A DNA stretch of 64,000 nt from assembly GCF_037042905.1 (NCBI RefSeq), contig NC_087249.1:10542001-10606000 (forward strand), written 5' to 3'. Shown here piece after piece: positions 40,300 to 52,841 of the stretch. The notes under the pieces were generated by a model. It worked only from the letters and a program-made list of their open reading frames with translations. It did no database searches and had not been told where the DNA came from. Source of the DNA: Lytechinus pictus. Its lineage: Eukaryota. Each line of letters starts with the position of its first letter. Positions within the stretch are counted from its first letter, which is position 1. The position numbers were made by a program, and so were the translations under genes.

Positions 40300-43200
40300 A
40301 TATATTGAATCGTTTCTGATTTATCATTCCAATATTATAGGCATGACGACTTAAAATCGCCAGCTTGTACATCTACCAACATCATGTCATAATTAGAGTG
40401 AACTAAATTTCAAGTTGAAAAGACTGATCTTGTTTCTTTCCATTTTGTATCATGCATGGTTTGGGTATTTAGCCCCAATTAAGCAATGCATTGCAGAACA
40501 GTTTTGACAATAAGAGGTAATGTTACCTCACGAAAATCAGACTTTCATCTCAGTTCTTTGTGGTCTGCAAAAGCATCCATTTTGTTTGGATGTTCATCTC
40601 TTCTTAGGAGGTGAGAAAAAGGCGCCACTTTTTCACATTTTATTCTCGCACTTGGCAACGGAAATCTAAATGGCTTTCTAATAGCCACCGATTCCCCCAA
40701 GCCGGATAGACAGGAAGACAGAGAATGAAGAAGAAAGTGGTAAGCATTAGAAGGGGACCGTGTGTTTTTAGGCGCTCTGTATAATCAGCCTTTACAAACA
40801 TTTACTTAAGTCGAAGAAGCCAAGATTAGCAGTGTGTGTACATGCAAGCAAGAAGCTTCTGTGAGTGTGAGTACACTGTGCCTCATTAAAACGACAGCTA
40901 CCCGATAACGAATTTGTATGCACTGAGCTCGTGGGGTGGTAAACTGATACTCGAACCCAAAGTCAGGTATCTTTTACGATTTTGCTGCCCCTGTATTTTA
41001 CTCTTTGCTATCAGTTACAAATAAGAGGATTAACGTGATGTACAAGAAGCAAAAACAGTTGGACGACCCTAGATAATCATTACATGTATAAGTACTTGTA
41101 TAGGTACATGTTCATTGATGAACAATAAATTCCTGGCATTTGAAAGATTTTTTTAAGGAAGTTCCTCTATGAGATTCTGACTTATCCGATACTGGGCCTG
41201 ATATTTATGTACAAGGTTGATTTGTTTTGTTGTTGAACAAGGCACGGTAATGCAATCATGAGGAACAATCAGCACGAGATAAACTAATTGTTTTGTTATG
41301 AAACAATTGAAAATACTTTAAGGACGATTTCATCTAAATACCAATGAAAAATTGATTTCGATTATATGTCCATGCGATTTTTTTTCGATATCGTGTAGGG
41401 ATGCCCGTTCGTCATCTCTCCACACGCAACTGAATCAAACGAAGAGTTTACTCAGGCTCTTTGGCCAAACCGCGTGCGAGTGCGGAGAATGAAACGGCGA
41501 TCTCATTTGGTTGCCGAATTCAGCCTCTATGTTACCCTCGTTGGCGATTATAGAGCGGATAGAATCTCGCGTTACTCTCCTGAAGATGAATGAGAAGAAA
41601 AGGAGAATGAGATGAAAAAGGAGGGGAGTAGTAGGAAAAGAATTCAAAATGCATGAGAGGAGGATGGTAGGCAGATGATGACAGACAGAGAGATAGAGAG
41701 TGAGAAGGGTACTAGAGAGAGGGCTGAATAGAAAATCATATTCTATATTTCATATTTTTAAATGTTTATTTGTCGTTTATTGTTACGTAATAGTATATCA
41801 ATATCTTATGTATAGGCCTTGGTTAAACGATTTTACTTTACCAATTTGTATATCTCATTTGTCATGTTTTGGGGGTTGGACGTACATCATTACCAATTTC
41901 AAATCTTTACATTTATCAAAGTTTTGGCGTATATTTTGAATAAATGCAATTTTTTTTACCCATTCCCCACAATATCTTCTTGTGGAAAATCATTAGGCCA
42001 GTCATTTCTTTTAAACAAAGAAATGATATTCTGTTATGAAAATGGCTTAGTTTGTCCTGGAAAATTAATGATAGTTAATCAAAAGACGAGATTCGGTGTT
42101 AGAGAGACGGGTGATTTGTTTTATGTTAAGGCTGCTGGCATCATGTCGTAATGACTTTTAACACAAATCCTAATCTTAATGATTGTCCATTCGTGGTCCA
42201 TTTATGGTGGTGTGTGTGGTATAAATAAGGAGAGGCACAGAGTGAAAGAAAAAGAGAGAGAGAGGGGAAAGTGGGGGAGGGGTGGGAGAGAAGGTTTCGA
42301 TGGGCAATACGAAATTTTGTAAGAAAAAAGGATGAGTTAAAAGCATTCGAAACCTGTTAATGCATCCATTTGCATGCGCCCCGCGCGCGCTTTTAGCATT
42401 TCTTGCCCCAGTACATTTATCGATTGGAAAGAAACTCCCACTGTCATCCGTGTGTTATGGGTCATTACTAAACGCAATGAGAGGGGCTGTCCAAAAAGGG
42501 AATGTTCCCATTTCCAGAAAAAGATGATGTCTATGGTGCCACAATGAAAAAAATAGTTGTGTGCATCACATTCACATGTCTACCCTTCTCATTCTCCCGA
42601 CGAAGTAATAGATAGTTCCAAAAATATTGAATGTATTATATTTACCATGTTGAGGTGACTTCAACCATGCACAGCCAAATAAAAGTAGATCCAAAATGTA
42701 CAGGAAAAAAATACAATGTATGCTGCACCAAACAGGACAGAAGAGTTTGAAATTTAGCCTAAGAGGCAATGCGAACCACCGTTATTGACCGCCTTTTTTG
42801 CTCTTCTTATGTCACATTACACATCAAGCGGTAATAAGGATGTCTCACAGAAGGGAGTATTCCTCTGCCTTGGTGTGTCTATAATGGTCAGTCAAGGATA
42901 TAGAACGTCCGAGGGTGGGCAAGACTGGGTCATGCAGAACATGCAAGGAAGGCTTTCAGAGTGAAAGGCAAGAATAAAGGGATGTCTTTGAAATTTTTCC
43001 TTTTTATTAGAAGTGGCAGTAATGCAATGATGTTCCAGTATTTTTCGATTTATGAAGAAAGGTATGTGACTTTAGACATGTAAAAATAGTATAACAAAAA
43101 CCAAACTCCTGAGTATTTTTGGAAATCCCGGACTGATATTGTCACCCTCGTTATTATGATTATTTGTTTTATTTTGGTTTAAAGACTGCTTTGGCCGAAT

Positions 43201-46200
43201 TGCTGTCAAGCGGCCAAGCCAGCCTGCCAGGTATCTCCGTTGCAGCGGAATTGCCTCACCGCCTCTTGGAAGTCCAATACCACAGTGTAGTGAGGTACTT
43301 GAAAACACACACCGTAGAATGCCCCAGAGCCTACATGTGTACCCCGCTTTGTCTTTCGCTCTGAAAACATCAATACGAATCTCCCCTGAACGACGTAGCC
43401 CGAACAAACCAAACCCCGATCGGATTTCACACCATTTCTTAACTGCCTTTACGCCCGTTCCCCCTTCTTCGTTCGAGAGAAGCTGCCCCGAGTTTAGGAA
43501 AATATTTGAGCAAGATGAGCCGCGAAAGCAATCCTAAAAGTTTTTAATATCCCCGGTTTGGTGTCTGTCAAGAAACTCGAGTGGAAACGAGAAAGCCTAT
43601 TCGATACTGCACCGCCTTTGGAGTGAGAACTTTGAGGGCATACACAGAAAGAGAGGGTAGAGGCTGGTAGAGATGGGAAGAGAAAGAGAGAGAGAGAGAG
43701 TGAGAGCAGGAGGGGAGGGATACGAGCACACGACATCCCGACCGCATTTTTGTTTTTTGCTGCATTGGGGATATACGGCATGATATCATGTCACCACAAG
43801 TACGTCTCCGAGCTAAATATGACACATCCATGCAGATTTATTTGCAGATAATATATGAACATACGATTTTCTATGAATAATAAAAGACTTTTTAAGAAGT
43901 GATGCTAACAGGTCAGGAATAACATTTCAAGAGTTTGACGATGCATCACATTTCCATTCAAAAGCAAGCCAAAATAAGAAGAAATATTTACTAGCATTTT
44001 GTTTCTTTCTATGACACGCAATGCCCTCGCCGGCCTTACCGAAATGATCAAAACGCACGCACCCATCCGCGCACAAAAGGTATGGAAATTGGCAACCAAC
44101 CTAATTTGTGTAATTGGATCTGCATTTAAGCGGAGACAAACCCAATCAGTAGGCCATGCTGGGCAACTAAGGAACCGTGCGTTTAATCTGCAACCAACAT
44201 CAAGCTTGACCGAAAACACACGCCAAATTTGAATGAATTGTGACATGCCAAATTAAGACATTGAGAGGGACACACTGACATGTAAGAAAATTACTCTGCC
44301 GCCTTTTCTTCTCCAATTCTTCGTTATGCATTTATGTCCCTATATCTTCATAAAAGAAAAGATACTAGTTCCTTTAGGCGAAGGAAATCCCCTGATACTC
44401 TCTTTTGTCAAGTTTCTTTCATTATTATACTCACGATGAAGGCGATCGTGAATAGCAGTTGATGAAGTAAAGGGAAGAATGAACTTCCGTTTATACACAC
44501 ACCAGCTTCCCTTCCAATGGAGACGCCGGATATATTGTATAGGGAAAATAGAAAATAAAAGAACCAATCCGTTCATGTTTATTCTTTTTTTCACTGTATA
44601 AAGACATCTTAAAATCTCCGGGCGAAACTTACAATTCATCCCCTATGAAAAATACCTTTCAAAAGATTTAGCCATGTACTGGTATTTTCACTTTTACTAC
44701 TCTCTCAGCATCTCTCTCTCTCTCCCTTTCTATTTATATCTATCTCTTCTATCCCTCTTCCATCCTTCATTACACTTTCCCCTCTGTTTTCTCTCTTCAC
44801 CACACTTATTTTTTCTGCCTTTCCTTTGAGTCTTACTCCGAGCTTTTTTTTTTGCTCTATTTGTCTCTCGGATACTCTTAACTAGCCTTGTCGGTGATTG
44901 CGTCTTCATAATCCCGTATATGAAGACTAAATGTGGCAGAAAAATCATCGTCCATTCCATGTTTTGTCAAGAAAAGCGAACTCGGCCAACCCGCCATATC
45001 TCATGCTGATGTAGAACTACCGGACGATACACGCCAATGATATCAATATTGCATTCAACAGATTTGACATCGTGTTACAAAATGGAGGGTTTGTGGTTGC
45101 ACTGAATGTACATTATTTGACATATCAATGGCCTTAAATACTGCCCCCCCCCCCCCGTCCAACACGCATGCACCCACCCATTGGTATTTCATATACCTTA
45201 CGCGTGTAATCAGGGTAATAGTTTAGAAAATCACGGCTTTCTGGCTCTCCTTAAATTTCGATTACTTTGTTTCTGAACCAGTTAATGTAATTAGTGATTA
45301 AAGATATAACTATCACTTTTCTGATGTAATTGTAAAATTATATCCATATTTCTATTCCAGATATGGGCCTAAAAAATACAGAATATGACATTTGGTAAAA
45401 TTGCTAACGGCTTGATTGCCTGTGTAGCGTTCAGTGGTTTGATTATAGTAGCCACACCCCTAAAATATTCGTCCCACCTATCTCTTTATCCTAACAGCTT
45501 CCCATAAGTTTCTCCAGTCATGACTGTGGATGTCAATGATACCGTTTCGTTGTTGGTTTTTTCATGCCCCTTATCATCTCTTTCAGAAGTATGACGGTAG
45601 ATATCATTACAACTGCCATTGTCACTTGCTTCGACCTTTGGTCAACCTTTAGAATGAACAAAGCACATTAAAATGCCAATCCGTTACACCGATACACTTT
45701 CATATTCCAAGGAAATCAAACTGTCCATAAAGTATCATTATGACAATCAGCGATATTACGTTATGGCGTCCTCAACTTAGAGTCGTGCCATACCCAGGCG
45801 AAGCACAATTAGCTTCGTATTAGCAAACCATAACTTCTTGGAAGAACCAAGCAAGTTAAACATGTTAAAGAAAGAAGCAGAAGAATATGAACCCAAAATG
45901 AGACTGAATAAGTAGAGAAAAGACCAACTACACGACCCATCCATCTCCATTCCTGATCATTCAGCTCTGATTTTCATCAAGATCTATCTGTCTCCATCTT
46001 CCATTAGACCCCTGTCTCATTGCCATCATCTTAATTCCCCGCCTTTTTTCCATTCTCTCCCGATCTCTCTCCATCTTCATTCATACCCTTAATGTGGTGT
46101 TGAATCCGCACTCTAATCATCCTTGGCCCTTGTTACGCTCCAACGCCAAGTCCCTTCAATTCATCCTTTTATACAACTGTCGATTTTAACCTTAACCCCT

Positions 46201-49200
46201 CTACGTATGCACCGTGGAAGGAAGACGATGGCGGAGAAGGAGGAGAGGAAGAGACGGGGTCAGAAGAAAGACCGTCACTGTCACTCAAATTTGCGATTGT
46301 GTATGTTTGATCGATCCGCAGAAATCTTACACAGGCCAATTTTCGGAATAATTACATGTAGCACGATCAATCAGATGGGCGGTCTCTTGAAGCGCTGCTT
46401 TTGCTTCCATTCACAGTCTTCTTCTTATCTCTCCCCGTTCTTTTTTTTCTATTCTGAAGCGGCGCTTTTTCACCTGAATGGTGCGGATAGTCACTGCATT
46501 TCCAACCTCCGTCTCCCCCACGTACTTGTATCTCCATACAATTCTGCAATTTTGTATCGTAGTATTGTCTACCCCTTTGAATCCGAAGACAAACAAAAAC
46601 AAACACATTTTGGTTATTTTGTGGTCATGAAGTCCGAAGGCCCCTATTAAGATCTGGCCAAGTTTCGTTGGTTATAATTTGTCACTATCAGATCTCATTT
46701 CTTATTTTCAGGACACATCTATTTTGTCATCATTGGCTTTAAAATGTCCAGGAATTGAGGTATAGGTTCCTTGTGTGTTAATGGGTGCGTTAGTTTGAAC
46801 ATATTATGTGGCTGACACTGAGATATGGTGGGAGATTACTGTTAATGTTTAGACTCTTCGGTGCTCTTAAAATGTTTGTTGGTATACATAGCCCTTTTAT
46901 ACCCAAAATTGATTCATACCCGGTATTTTCATATCAAAGAATTGGAAGTATTGTAATGATGAATTCGTACCATGAATTTCCTGTTAAATAATTATGATTT
47001 TAGTTTTCAAGAGGAAATCGCTTTCATGTCCATTCTTTACCCTGAGCTGCCATATTCCAGATATTCTATGATCATATTCCGTTTTTTCCAGGCCAGCTCT
47101 GGGGGAAATAACGATATTTTGAGTGAGCCCAGAACATCTCTCCTACCATCCAATACGTTTAGAGACTTCTCATTCTTTTCCCTTCTGTGATTGTGGTTAG
47201 AACGTAGCTGGGAGGAGGTCACGGTGAAGAATGGACCTTAGCTAGCCCAAGGGTCCGCTTACACTAGCCCCTCAGGGTTTGCTTACCTGCCCTTAGTGAC
47301 AACCCACCTGAGAGATCAGTGTTCTTGGCAAGCTGACGACATCAATTTCACTCTTTTTACCTCAGCGACCTCTTTTCCCCTGCTTCTTTCTCGCTCTTGT
47401 TCTCTCTTTTCTTCAAGCCCTTTTCCTTTCCAAGCTTTTTTTTTCACCGCTCCAAAGCTCGATTTTTGATGGTTAATGACCTGTTTGCGTAGGAAAAATA
47501 ATTCGCGAAATTACAAGCGCGGTTGGGGATAACAAATTTATACTTATAAGGGACTGAGGGCTTTTTGCCGCGTGGGTATGAAGGACCTAATTCCGAATCA
47601 CACTCTTAAGGCAAAGTGTGTGATAAACACCCCTCGTGACAGGTTTGGATATTGAAGAATGTAAATTTCGATGAAAAAAATAATTACATGACCGGTTTCA
47701 CGAAGGTCTTACACTATAATGATGCAAAGAATTATTAGTCTCGGTTAATTCCCTCATTTTCAGAAAGGTTAAAGTTGTGCATTTCATTCGCATTTTGCAA
47801 GACTGAAGATATTGGGGAAAATGAAAAGATAGCATTCATAATTCCAGGATCATTCTACAGTGTATTGGCGCCTTGTCATTTTGCATAGTGACATGGCGAC
47901 ACAATTTCTGGCAACTTTTATTTTCCGTGATTTATCTGTACCCATGTTTCAGAATTCGATCTTCAGGTATATAGTTGTGGCTGTATGACCAACATTCATT
48001 TTTATACGCACAACAAGCAACTTCTCTGACTTCCGAGTATAAGAAGTGGTGTCAAAGATATGAATGGGCTATCGTACTACACCGTTCAATGTTGAAGCAA
48101 TGAGCTGGTAACTCCTTGGTTGAAGCAATGATTGCCGTGGTGAGAGTGAGACCAACACTAGGTCAACACCCGATTCTTCACCGGGACGTCACAGCTAGCT
48201 CAACGTGCTAATCTCCGCCACAGAAATCGTGTTAGCCTTTCGTCACAAAGGAAAACATGCCTACAAATTTGCCGTCGGCTGATCTGGCATAAGAACAGAG
48301 AAGAGAGAGAGAAAAAAATAAGAAAAAGTCCTTATTTTCTTCGACTCTGGCACGACAAAAGAAAGAAAAATTGGGGCCCCGTGACAACATTAATCATCGC
48401 GCTTAGATAAATATTTCCAAACCCGCTGGCTAAAGCTTAACGGATTATTGTTGAAAAACAACGGGGGAAAATGTCCCATGTTTTCTCAAATCACCTTCCC
48501 ATTTCAAAAGGCCGTAGTGTGCTTCGGGTAAAGGATGCTTGATAGGAATAGTGGTAAAGAGTCATGGGACTCTAATAGAATTTCATAGGTGGAAAACACA
48601 CCAAGGGATTTGCATCGGAAAATAACAGGTACGTATGGAAACCGATTGATATGAATATCTAGCATGTCCCCTATACGGATCTATACAGTCAGTGGACAAT
48701 TACACCTTTAATGTGACCTACTAAACATACAGTATAGGGAATTGGTTACACCTTTCTTGAAGTCATTCTGAGTTTCATCTGTTGGACATTGCAACGGAAC
48801 ATTTCCAATAACATTTATGCACGAACCACCAGTATTCCAATGAATGGCCATTATCATTACTAAACGATTAGCTATATTCAAATGTCTGATTATTCTTGTC
48901 AACGCCCGCACTGAACTACCACAGACACACCTACGAAACCGACCGATAAATAACATACCATTCGAAACTTTTATCAATCTGGAGTCGGGTTTGTGAGTGT
49001 GACTGTAAGACCTTAAACTCCTGAAAAGAACACTCGATCCAGACGTACGTAGGTGGGATTCCATAATGTGAGACATTCCTTTCCCATCTATAATTCAGTA
49101 TGTCTGTCTGTCGGTTTACAATCATCCTTCGTATGTCTGTTCAAATGTGTGTTTGTCGGTTCCATGTCTGTTTTGTGGTTGTTGAAGATCAAGAAAGCCC

Positions 49201-50652
49201 CTCAGGCATCGTCCCCGTTCGGTGAGACACAATGTGAATATCACATCTCGTCAGTCGAAGCTTCACCGATGTGCCTATGCAAAATTCAGGTTCATTTTAA
49301 ACATTCATAGATGATTTACCAAACTAAATGTTAAGGCAGAGACTTATGAAGACAATCGACACGAAATTGATAATAAAAAGCCCTTTCATCAGTGAAACTG
49401 TTCATTTCAAAGATGTGCCTACATGAGTGCTTGCTAAATCAAAGGAAATATAGCAATGACTTTTTGAACCCATGCTTCTAAGGGTTACCCATTAGGTATT
49501 ATGGAACAATACTTATAGTCGTAAATTATCTTCAAACTTCATGAGCTCCTTTATACTCACAAATAAACAAACTTTGAGATACATTAAATTTCCAAGCACA
49601 TAAGACGTGAAAGCTACAGTACTTTGATTTCTTAATGGCTTTTCGGTAAAATAAGAATAAACCACGACTCAACATTCTGCAAGTGCCTATACAGTCATGT
49701 TAAAGCATAAATTTCAAATGATACTGGATTCAATCGTACGTCCTCGTTACCTTTTTCAGCCTTTTGTGCAAATGTAATTTCCTTTCTAATACGTACAGGA
49801 TGAATAAAATATCATGTAGAATAAATGATTAATGATGAATATGTGTCGCAACAAAAATTTGAATATTCATCTTTAATCCCGTAAAAATATTATTTTTTTT
49901 CGGTTGTTGGTTTGTCAGTTGTAGCTCAAAATTCTCGTCTTTGTTGTCAAGTTTGTATCTTAACCGACTCTGGCTTGAACTCTTCCAACATGTCCAATGT
50001 GTCTATAAGCATGCAAGTCGACATGCTAGTTGAAGAATGTCATGGTTATTGGGCTTTACCAGACCAAAGTTGCAGTTGAATATATATTGAGACATTGGGT
50101 TTGGCAAGAATGAGGACAGCAAGTACTTAATTTCAGTGAGGTAAAAAAAAAACCTTCATTATTACATTACAGTATCTGTATTGAAGGCTGGATACGTCAT
50201 GAAGAAACCATAGGGGTGGGGGCGTCGACGTGAATGGTAGAGTCATAAGAGTTGAAACAAATGAAGGTATTATGAATAGAGTACATGATAGTGTTTACAC
50301 ATATTCCAAAATATTCTGTCAATGTTGAATTGCATCGAATAAAATGTATTTCCACATCTTCATTATAGCAGACATACATCAGATGCACAGTATGTAATGT
50401 ATCTTCCTACTTTCTATCGACGTAACTCTTTCTTTTCATTTAACTTACGATTTTTTTTGGTTATATATAGTAACAAATTCAAATGCAGCTTAAATCTAAA
50501 TGAACATAAGTATTTGATAACAAGGAAGTCAGAATCTTCTCTTAAGTTTATTTTATATTTTTCCTCCTTAATCTTAAGAAGAAAAAGATCTGTAGTTATT
50601 TTGCGTTTCTTTGATCATTATAACCCGATATTACCCTTTAAAATCAATAACA

Positions 50653-50714
50653 AAAACAACGAGATGAAAGAAATCGCTGCTCTCAAAACAACGAGATAAA
50701 AGAAAACGCTGCTC
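50653..50714. repeat. 32-bp tandem duplication
   Basis: aaaacaacgagat.aaagaaa.cgctgctc occurs at 50653 and 50685. Confidence 0.9.
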
Positions 50715-51635
50715 CTCTTTTCTTCTCCATCTTCAAAAGCGTCTTCGTCTACTATAGCGTGCAGCATCGCTCGTATCTTCTATTATCGGCGGATAGGAGT
50801 GGTGGAGCAGTGGATGGGGAGGACGTGTAATCTCCGCGTTGGTTGGGCACAAAACAGGATTAAATTATGGGCCGACATCGTACGCATGTCCCGATTAGGG
50901 GTTCGCTCGCGTCGCCCGGTAGCATTTATTCGACTTCAGTAATTTGATTGCTGTATCAAACTAATTTGAGTCGGGTATCTCTATGTGCATGTCGCTTAAA
51001 GGTACAATTCAATTTAGGGCTTATGAAAGAGATAGAGGAGCTGGGGATGTGTACACAAGAGGGATAATGAAGGAGGTCGGCTGAAGTAGCAGGAGATTTG
51101 TTTTAAGAATTGACCCTGGAAATCTGTTATCCTTCCTTTTATCTGTTTGAAACGACATGAAAAAAAGATATAGGCCCTATAAAAGTGATCAACTTTGGTT
51201 ATCCTGGTGATATAGTATAAGAATGTTTGCCAGACCGCATAATGAGCATATCAGAGGAAACATAGTAACAAATCAATTGCATTCTACAAAAGTGACTTTA
51301 ATGTCCTTACGAGTCTGAAATAGTATTAGTAGTAAACCATTAAAACATTAAGAATGGTGGAGTTGTTGATTTGCTGAGTGAATTAATAGCGGGATTAATA
51401 GCTCATGAATTATCGATTGATTGAATGATTTTTACTACTATTAAAACTTTTCATATTGGTCATTAAAAGGATGATACTTCTAGATATCCCTACCGTATAG
51501 TAAATAATGTAATGGAAATATTATTAGAACAAACTGGAATCCAATTAAGTCTAAAGTGTTATTCCGGTTAGGGTGTGGTGTAGATTCTTTTACGAGGACA
51601 TTTTAAACTTAATGCCTAAATCCTTCTTCATCCAG

Positions 51636-51770
51636 GGTATCGTTTTATAAAGTAACTTATGCACAATTTATCTAACAAATTTGCCCATCAGCCAATCAGA
51701 CCAAATTATTTTAGTAGCTTTTAACTGTTAATATTATGAAAAAAGAAGAAAAGTTCTATGAAACGGGCCC
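51636..51770. mobile_element. Degraded Harbinger-like MITE
   Basis: cag|ggtatcgttttataaa ... ttctatgaaacgggccc|ctg: decayed TIR of the gggcccgtttcat type with CWG-type flanks. Confidence 0.5.
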
Positions 51771-51972
51771 CTGGTTTGAAAAGTGTGGTTCTCTGAGTCT
51801 GACCATAGTGTCAGGTCCCATGTTCAGTCGTAGAAGTCCCCAGAAGTTTACTATTAATATTATTTTATTTTAATTGCCTGTACATTGCATGTGGGAACTG
51901 TTCGGGAATGGGAATGACCGTCAATGTAATCCTACCCCTTATCCATTCTCTCCTTGAAATCTGTCTTTGCAG

Positions 51973-52158
51973 GATCCAAACCGTCGGGTACAGAGCTTCA
52001 ATGGAGTCCCAATGGTAGCATCCAGTCCCGTGCGCCACGATTCTCAAATGCCACAGGGTAGCCAGGTCGAGGTTCAAAGCTATCAGCAACCGCCATGGAA
52101 AGCACTCAGCGACTTCGCACTGCAGAGCGACATCGAGCAACCACCATTCCAACAACTG
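51973..52158 (+). CDS. Isl: Isl coding exon 5, LIM-binding (Lhx3-binding) domain and Islet C-terminal motif
   Basis: Acceptor ctgtctttgcAG ending at 51972; donor CTG|GTGAGG at 52159; 186 nt, phase 0/0. Encodes [13 protein letters not shown]...[31 protein letters not shown]. Confidence 0.96.
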
Positions 52159-52693
52159 GTGAGGACAAATCCTCGTAAAATCCTTTATAAATTATCATTA
52201 TATCCCAGCTAGCATGTATCCCAGTTTCCTCCATTACAAGGGCCCTCCCAATCAAGTGCTTTCAGTTCAATATCCCAAAGACCGCTTTATGAAACGAATG
52301 TGTGGGAATGATTTCCCGACTCATGACCTTTTTTGTTAGATGAATCGCAAACACTGTTTAATTAATATTTTTGTCTAATATGTTACTGTAGTTTATAATA
52401 TATTTGTTTATTTATGTTTGATTCAAAAGTCATGTCATCATAGCTATAATACCCATGGTTCTTATCAAGTTACATACACATATCCGGTGAAACATGAAGG
52501 AAGCAGTCTCACCGATGAAAAGTGTAATTTTCAACATCATGAACATGTTCAGGTAGACATGCCATCAGTGACGTAATCGACAATTCGATGAAGGTACACA
52601 CCTATTTCTGCTAACCCTCGGTAATATTGTTGGCCCTTCTTGTCCTCTCATAATTACCGCAAAAACCGTCGGTGTTAATATTACACCTACGCG

Positions 52694-52841
52694 GTATCTC
52701 TACAGGAAAACACAAGAGAAATGTTGAGACAGCACCAGATTAGAATCATACCGATGTCATTTTAACACTGACTGGTGGTGTATAATGCCTATCTGGTGCT
52801 GTTTCAATCCTTCTCAGTCTGGTGTTTTCATGTATAGATAC
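52694..52841. repeat. Imperfect inverted repeat, probable MITE core
   Basis: gtatctctacaggaaaacac..gagaa..ttgagacagcaccagat pairs with atctggtgctgtttcaa..ttctc....gtgttttcatgtatagatac. Confidence 0.7.

Larger units (their letters stand above)
2664..52158 (+). other. Isl: Islet (ISL LIM homeobox) gene span, coding exons 1-5; 3' terminal exon not found in window
   Basis: Five exons with canonical GT/AG boundaries and matching phases (1,2,1,0,0) join into one [25 protein letters not shown]...[16 protein letters not shown]...[12 protein letters not shown]...[63 protein letters not shown]...[27 protein letters not shown]...[23 protein letters not shown]. This is colinear with vertebrate ISL1 as I recall it. 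Confidence 0.97.

Noticed and set aside
41239..41256. aaggcacggtaatgc resembles miR-124
   Set aside because: Needs gaps to align and has no hairpin partner; consistent with chance.
46123..46650. Longest ORF in the track (175 aa)
   Set aside because: Non-ATG start, low-complexity composition, no recognisable domain and no splice partners.
51192..51214. ctttggttatc resembles miR-9
   Set aside because: Only 11 nt match and no downstream complementary arm is present.
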